Positions 59,228-64,000 of a stretch of DNA of 64,000 nt are shown here, in pieces; positions within the stretch are counted from its first letter, which is position 1, and every line of letters begins with the position of its first letter. The notes below the pieces were generated by a model. That model searched no databases, was not told the DNA's origin, and saw only the letters and a list, made by a program, of their open reading frames with translations. Source of the stretch: an uncultured Bacteroidales bacterium (GTDB lineage: Bacteria > Bacteroidota > Bacteroidia > Bacteroidales > P3); assembly GCA_900316515.1 (NCBI GenBank), contig ONDE01000002.1, positions 139,947 through 203,946 of the forward strand. Direction: 5' to 3'. The translations under genes and the position numbers were made by a program.

Positions 59228-59409
59228 TTATGTATTGTGTGATTGCGTGAATGTGAAAATGCGTGAGTAATTCGGATAGACCTGATTATTCCTTTGGAAG
59301 AATAGTCGTACAACGCTTTTTATGTTGATGACGGTCCGAAAGATTGCTTTACTATTATTCGGAATTATTCGGTTAGAAATAATGGTTAGAGAAATTAGTC
59401 AGCAAGTTG

Positions 59410-59508
59410 TCTTTTATAATCTTTTAAAATCTGAAGGAGATAAGAAAATGAATCTACAATACAACAGACTTTTATTTAAAATCTTTTAAAATCTGAAAGA
59501 GATAAGAA
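59410..59508. repeat. two direct copies (C, D) of the locus junction motif
   Basis: Copy C (59410-59446) is TCTTTTATAATCTTTTAAAATCTGAAGGAGATAAGAA. Copy D (59480-59508) is AATCTTTTAAAATCTGAAAGAGATAAGAA. C matches B at 32/33 positions and D matches C at 28/29. Confidence 0.85.
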
Positions 59509-59517
59509 CAGGTTGAT

Positions 59518-60237
59518 TTATTCGGTTATCCGGCGTTTCAGTTTAATAAGTCTAGTCATGTTCTTCTGGCCTACCAGTTTGAGAACTGCACCTTTCCACC
59601 CTTTTCTGTTCTCACTCCACGACCCGAGTCCTTTATGCTCGCAGTAGGTGTTCTCTGTACGTATGTATTCGCCTGTGGTATGCCGCGGCGAGAAGTAGTC
59701 CACAGGGAATACGTGCAGGTCTTTGTAGTCCTGCTCTGTGCCGTCCTGACGGAACCCATTTGCCGCCATCAGTGCTGTGATAAACTGCACGTTGGTGGTG
59801 AGGTCGGGAGTGCCGTCGGCCTTCAGGAAGTGGCGGGTGCGATAGGCGCTCAGCATCTCCGTCACCCATTGGCCATGTGGTTCAGAAGCACACACACCCA
59901 TCATCACAGGCTGGCGTTTACTCCCTTCGATACCGGCAAAAGCATGATTTTTGAGTAAATCATCGAAAGGTTTATATACCTCAAAGTCAACATCCATATA
60001 CAAACCTCCTTCTTTCTCCAGTGCCCATAGACGTACATAATCGCTCACGAAAGCCATCTTGCCAGAAGCATATGCCTCTTTAGTGTATGGCGTGCTTTTG
60101 ACATCGAAGTTCTCCTCGTTCCATAACTTGAACTCCCAGTCGGGCATAAACTTGTGCCAAGAAGCGATGCATTCTTTCGCCAATTGTGGCAACTCCTTGC
60201 CACCGAACCAGCAGTAATGTATTGTCTTTGGTATCAT
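59518..60237 (-). CDS. glycosyltransferase family 32-like (capsular polysaccharide synthesis, DXD)
   Basis: The 239-aa ORF contains IPKTIHYCWFGG...SWHKFMPDWEFKLWNEENFD...SDYVRLWAL...GGLYMDVD. Confidence 0.8.
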   Translation of the reverse strand: MIPKTIHYCWFGGKELPQLAKECIASWHKFMPDWEFKLWNEENFDVKSTPYTKEAYASGKMAFVSDYVRLWALEKEGGLYMDVDFEVYKPFDDLLKNHAFAGIEGSKRQPVMMGVCASEPHGQWVTEMLSAYRTRHFLKADGTPDLTTNVQFITALMAANGFRQDGTEQDYKDLHVFPVDYFSPRHTTGEYIRTENTYCEHKGLGSWSENRKGWKGAVLKLVGQKNMTRLIKLKRRITE

Positions 60238-60374
60238 CTTTTTCTACGGATTAGGGAATTATAGGAGTATATTTTCAATTTACAGATATTCTGGAGTCAA
60301 GGTGGTCGAGTTTCAATGGAGACAAGTAGTGGATGAATTTAATTCCAATCCTCCAATCCTCCGTAGAGTAAGAT

Positions 60375-61307
60375 TTAGCATAATGTTAATAGCTTTTTAA
60401 TTCGAGAACCCAGAGTTTTTACCTTGTATTCTATTCGCGAATACCACAATGGAAGGTGGTATATCCGTTTTATGTTGCTCGGAATATTTCCCCATTCAAT
60501 CTGTTGTAGCAATGGTAGCGTGTCGTTGTGGTATCGCCGTGATAGGTAGTAAGGAATAAGGTTATATGCGGTAAGGCGGTCCATCAGAATCTTCAGGTCC
60601 CCATCAAGATGCAGATAGTCCATATGCCACAGGAAGTGCTGCTCAGGTGCATGCAGGCGTCCGATGCCGCGGAATGTAGTGTCAACATCCTGGTTGTAGT
60701 TGCTCAACGGCTTGTTGAGAAACACCACTTTGTGTCGTAACGCGATGCGTATCCATAGGTCGAAGTCTTCGCCCAGTTTTAGCTGTGGCTTAATGCCGCC
60801 CATTTCGTCGAACACACTCCTTCGCATGCATACCGATATACTTGTCAGCGGCATGCAAAGAGTCTTCGTGTATACCTGACAGTAGTTTATCTCGCCTTCC
60901 GTGAAATGTTCCTCAATGCCTATTGGCGCCACGCGTTTCTTGCCATTCTTGACGATATGGTAGCCTGTGCCGTAGATGCCTGCGTCTGGGTGGCGTTCAA
61001 TCAAGCCTGCCATCTCCTCAAGGAATGTCGGATCCCACCAGTCGTCGGCGTCGAGGAAAGTGATATATGGAGCAGTGGATGCCGCCACCCCGTTGTTGCG
61101 TGCTGTGCTTACTCCGCTGTTCTCCTGCTGGATGAGCTTGATACGGTCGTTAGCAAATCCTTTTACAATATCGCCGCCACCATCGGTGCTGCCGTCATCG
61201 ACCACAACCAGTTCCCAGTCATGATACGTCTGCCCAACGACGCTCTCCATCGCCTTGCGGACGTAGGGCGCCTTGTTGTAAAGGGGCATTATGACAGAGA
61301 AAAACAT
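60375..61307 (-). CDS. glycosyltransferase family 2
   Basis: The 310-aa ORF contains FSVIMPLYNKAPYVRKAMESVVGQTY..ELVVVDDGSTD...FLDADDWW. Confidence 0.88.
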   Translation of the reverse strand: MFFSVIMPLYNKAPYVRKAMESVVGQTYHDWELVVVDDGSTDGGGDIVKGFANDRIKLIQQENSGVSTARNNGVAASTAPYITFLDADDWWDPTFLEEMAGLIERHPDAGIYGTGYHIVKNGKKRVAPIGIEEHFTEGEINYCQVYTKTLCMPLTSISVCMRRSVFDEMGGIKPQLKLGEDFDLWIRIALRHKVVFLNKPLSNYNQDVDTTFRGIGRLHAPEQHFLWHMDYLHLDGDLKILMDRLTAYNLIPYYLSRRYHNDTLPLLQQIEWGNIPSNIKRIYHLPLWYSRIEYKVKTLGSRIKKLLTLC

Positions 61308-61309
61308 CT

Positions 61310-62314
61310 TTAATAAATCCGCTTTAAAACTTTATCCATTAGTCGCACTACCTTTTTACTCGCAAAGCGTTGTGTCTTTCTCAAGTACCAATGCAGGATT
61401 CGATAACGTAACGGCAGTCGTGGATTGACACCTGCTGCCTTTAAATAAGGATTGTCCCAAATGCAAAGCATGGCAAACTTGTCTGTCCCTTCACGTTTGA
61501 ATACGCGCAACATCTCTTCAACATAATGCTTGCCATAATCAGCTGTTTGTACTAAACTCGAATAGTCCCTGTCATCTCCCATACTACATAGTTTCACAGG
61601 ATGGTCGAGATACCACAGCTTGTCGGGATAGTACTTCGAATAGCCACGGTACATGTTAATAGGGTTGGCTTTTTCCTTATTCTTGTCCACCCAGGTGACT
61701 TGGTAAAAGTCCGTTTTCTGACGAACCTTTTCATGGTTCAATTTGGCAAGATGTACTACCCAGAAATCGTCTACATTTACATACTTACACCACTCAGCCT
61801 CAATGCAGGGCACTCGAGAGCAGTGGACTGCATGCGATTCCCGTTTCTTGTATTCTTCAACCACATCTACCGAGGCATCAAAGTGGGCAGCCCACTCGAA
61901 ATGCATCTTTGTATATTCCGCTGTTTTGAAGTTGTCGTAAAGATTCAACCAATTGAAGCAGAATATCTCGTTCCCTTTGGAATTTATGATTCTTTCCCAG
62001 CTTTTAGTTTTTTCGAATCCCTCAGATAGAAATTCGTCGGCATCAAGAGCAAAGATTATCTTGTCCCCAGGTATCTTGCAGGCTTCTTCGAGCAGACGTG
62101 TGCGGCATTCGGCCTCATACCATTCGAATGTCGGATTGTCGATTAAGATTACCTTCTCGTACTTCTGCGCAATCTCACGGGTATTATCCTCGCTGTGATG
62201 ATCGGCAAGGATGATATAGTCTGCCCATGAAGATGTGCAGGTCAAAAACGCATCAAGAACCCATGCCTCGTTGCGTACAGGTGTAATGACGATTAGCAGT
62301 GGTTGGTTATTCAT
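61310..62314 (-). CDS. glycosyltransferase family 2-like protein
   Basis: I prefer the ATG at 62314 (MNNQPLLIVITPVRNE...ILADHHSEDNT...FALDADEF). The gene is AT-rich relative to its right-hand neighbour. Confidence 0.62.
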   Translation of the reverse strand: MNNQPLLIVITPVRNEAWVLDAFLTCTSSWADYIILADHHSEDNTREIAQKYEKVILIDNPTFEWYEAECRTRLLEEACKIPGDKIIFALDADEFLSEGFEKTKSWERIINSKGNEIFCFNWLNLYDNFKTAEYTKMHFEWAAHFDASVDVVEEYKKRESHAVHCSRVPCIEAEWCKYVNVDDFWVVHLAKLNHEKVRQKTDFYQVTWVDKNKEKANPINMYRGYSKYYPDKLWYLDHPVKLCSMGDDRDYSSLVQTADYGKHYVEEMLRVFKREGTDKFAMLCIWDNPYLKAAGVNPRLPLRYRILHWYLRKTQRFASKKVVRLMDKVLKRIY

Positions 62315-62410
62315 TATATCGTTATGTTTCCAATATTCGATGACTGTGAGGCCTCGCAGCTGTGATCCCACACGAAGCCGTAGAGGTGCGTCTCATGGTC
62401 GGTGGCTTGA

Positions 62411-63343
62411 CTAAGCATGGCATACCATTCGGAATAGTAATGGGGATAGACGCAGGAGGGCGTAGTTTAGTCTATGTCGTAGTTTGGTGCGGCTTACGGT
62501 GCGGTACAGGTGCCAGTCGACCATCGGGAGCAGTTGTCGGCAAGCGTCGCTGTCGGCGCCGAGGAAGGCGGCTTGGTAGTGGTGGGTGATGGCACGATAG
62601 ACGACGCTGCGGTCAATGTCGTCGCGCTGCGTAAAGATGCCGGCGAGGTCGTTGGCGATGCGCAGCATGTCCTCGCGGCTGCGCAGGCTGCGCGTGGTCA
62701 TTATGCTGCCTTGGCGTATGCGATAGTGGTAGAAGGATGTGGATATGACTCGCACCCGACCTGCTGCCAAGCAGGCGCGAGGGGTGAAGTGGTTGTCCTC
62801 GTGCAGTATGCCTTCGCGGAATCGAAGTCTATTGTTGGCTAGAAATGTTCTGCGGTAGCAACGTAGCACCACGCAGACAAAGGGGAAGGGGTGTCTGTCG
62901 AGGGCGCAGCGGTTGTAGTATTCCCAGCCAGTTGGGAAGATGGCAGGTGTGGGTTGCTCGACTTCATCGCCACGCCAGCCGCCGAAGCAGAGCATATCCT
63001 CGCCATCCAGGCCGTCAGCCAGTGTCTGCAAGGTGTCACTCTCCAGCCAGTCGTCGCTGTCGAGGAACAGTATATAGTCGCCATGAGCGGCATTGATGCC
63101 GGTGTTGCGAGCTGCCGAGAGACCGCCGTTGGGCTGCGAGATGACGCGTATGCGGCTGTCTCGTGCGGCGTAGTCTTCCAGTATCGACAGGCTGCCGTCG
63201 GTGCTGCCGTCGTTGACGCACACGGCCTCGAAGTCGCCGCAGGTCTGCCCTAGCACACTGTCGAGGCACTCCCTCAAGTAGGACTCAACGTTGTAGACTG
63301 GTATGACAATGGAGAATTGCAATTGTTTCTCAATGGTGGGCAC
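62411..63343 (-). CDS. glycosyltransferase family 2
   Basis: The 310-aa ORF contains FSIVIPVYNVESYLRECLDSVLGQT...VCVNDGSTDGS...FLDSDDWL. It is markedly GC-rich. Confidence 0.86.
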   Translation of the reverse strand: MPTIEKQLQFSIVIPVYNVESYLRECLDSVLGQTCGDFEAVCVNDGSTDGSLSILEDYAARDSRIRVISQPNGGLSAARNTGINAAHGDYILFLDSDDWLESDTLQTLADGLDGEDMLCFGGWRGDEVEQPTPAIFPTGWEYYNRCALDRHPFPFVCVVLRCYRRTFLANNRLRFREGILHEDNHFTPRACLAAGRVRVISTSFYHYRIRQGSIMTTRSLRSREDMLRIANDLAGIFTQRDDIDRSVVYRAITHHYQAAFLGADSDACRQLLPMVDWHLYRTVSRTKLRHRLNYALLRLSPLLFRMVCHA

Positions 63344-63388
63344 TGTGCTTATGTTTGTGGTATCGCAGTTATTATGTATAGGACTTTT

Positions 63389-64000
63389 TTAGCGTGTGAG
63401 CAGGCCATACAACTTTTTTTTAACTTTCCTAAGTATCTGTAGTGTGTAAGAACTGAAGGTATATGCGCTGCTGCCGCGTTTCCATCTGTTGGGACGGTAT
63501 CGTTTGTTTACAAAGGGAGTGCCATCGAGTTGAAATATGTGCAGGTAGTGGAGATATACCTTCGGCGGATTGTCTATAAACTGAACTAGGGTTGGTAGGG
63601 CTATGTATTCGAGTATTTTGTCGCTGTATGCTATCAATCCAGTTGCTGCGTAAGCGTCGGCAAAAGTGGTGAGTAGACTGTCATTGTTGTTTTTTATGTC
63701 ATGGTGCGAAAACCCAGCGAATTGCCAGTTGCAATCGTCGGACAATTGTGGCCGTATGGTATTGCCGTGCCTAACATAAGTGGTCGTGGTGCCGTGATAG
63801 TTCAGTGATGGCAGTATTTCATGAAAAACAATATTCTCTATTGTCCGTTCGAGGGCGTTGTTGGCGGTTGTAGCGATGTGGCGGTCCAGCAGTATGTATT
63901 GTGCGTGTTGGTTGTCTTCTGTGAACTGCTCCTTATCTGTCTCACCTTTACCCATGTCGGCACCCCATTTGCCGTTAATGCAATAAAAATGTGCAATGGG
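63389..64000 (-). CDS. hypothetical polysaccharide-locus protein, 5'-truncated by the window edge
   Basis: The reading frame stays open from 63955 to 64000 (PIAHFYCINGKWGAD-MGKGE...), so the true start lies outside the window. I recognise no family. Confidence 0.5.
   Translation of the reverse strand, partial: PIAHFYCINGKWGADMGKGETDKEQFTEDNQHAQYILLDRHIATTANNALERTIENIVFHEILPSLNYHGTTTTYVRHGNTIRPQLSDDCNWQFAGFSHHDIKNNNDSLLTTFADAYAATGLIAYSDKILEYIALPTLVQFIDNPPKVYLHYLHIFQLDGTPFVNKRYRPNRWKRGSSAYTFSSYTLQILRKVKKKLYGLLTR

Overview
This 64 kb window looks like a Bacteroidales chromosome, probably Prevotellaceae-like. The evidence is TAnnTTTG/-33 TTTG promoter boxes, a T9SS type-B sorting domain, DUF3467 downstream of rpoC, and the bamA-skp-skp and kpsF-lptB gene orders.

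Layout:
- 0.1-8.1 kb: pgi, a giant repeat-rich T9SS surface protein, ssb, rpmB and rpsU.
- 8.2-11.6 kb: a small GC-rich patch of broken genes (a frameshifted flavodoxin-like lipoprotein and a DUF6261-like gene with an in-frame stop), an intact VOC gene, and a 41-bp tandem palindrome array.
- 11.6-16.7 kb: aldo/keto reductase with a divergent AraC regulator, a POT peptide transporter, tsaC, a PPTase and DUF3467.
- 16.8-30.4 kb, minus strand: the conserved cluster tRNA-Thr/Tyr/Gly/Thr-tuf-tRNA-Trp-secE-nusG-rplKAJL-rpoBC.
- 30.8-48.5 kb: envelope and housekeeping genes (recQ, kpsF, lptB, a mannose-1-P guanylyltransferase, merR, an lptD-like gene, an amidase with SPOR domains, an ABC ATPase, pyrF, bamA, two skp/ompH genes, an ompA-family gene).
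- 48.6-64 kb, minus strand: a polysaccharide (EPS/CPS) locus running off the window edge. It holds a BY-kinase/Wzz gene, wza, wecB, a CE4-like gene, DUF354, a MaoC dehydratase, an acetyltransferase, GT4, a GxxExxY gene, a polytopic membrane protein, GT32 and three GT2 genes.

I found no rRNA, CRISPR, transposase, integrase or recognisable defence operon, and I cannot point to a clear new multi-gene system.

The unusual signals are mostly non-coding or architectural:
- A ~30-38 bp junction motif recurs six times in the polysaccharide locus. One inverted pair brackets the GxxExxY gene; another inverted pair has only ~36 bp between its arms.
- A six-unit ~56-bp tandem array sits inside the locus.
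- A 41-bp tandem array of CGCTCnnGAGCG palindromes lies upstream of the VOC gene.
- A 75-nt C-run/G4 tract precedes bamA.
- The tyrosine kinase ends in a (YG)14 tail.
- lptB, rpoC and a CE4-like gene carry lineage-specific insertions.

All calls come from reading the sequence and recalling protein families. No database search was run.
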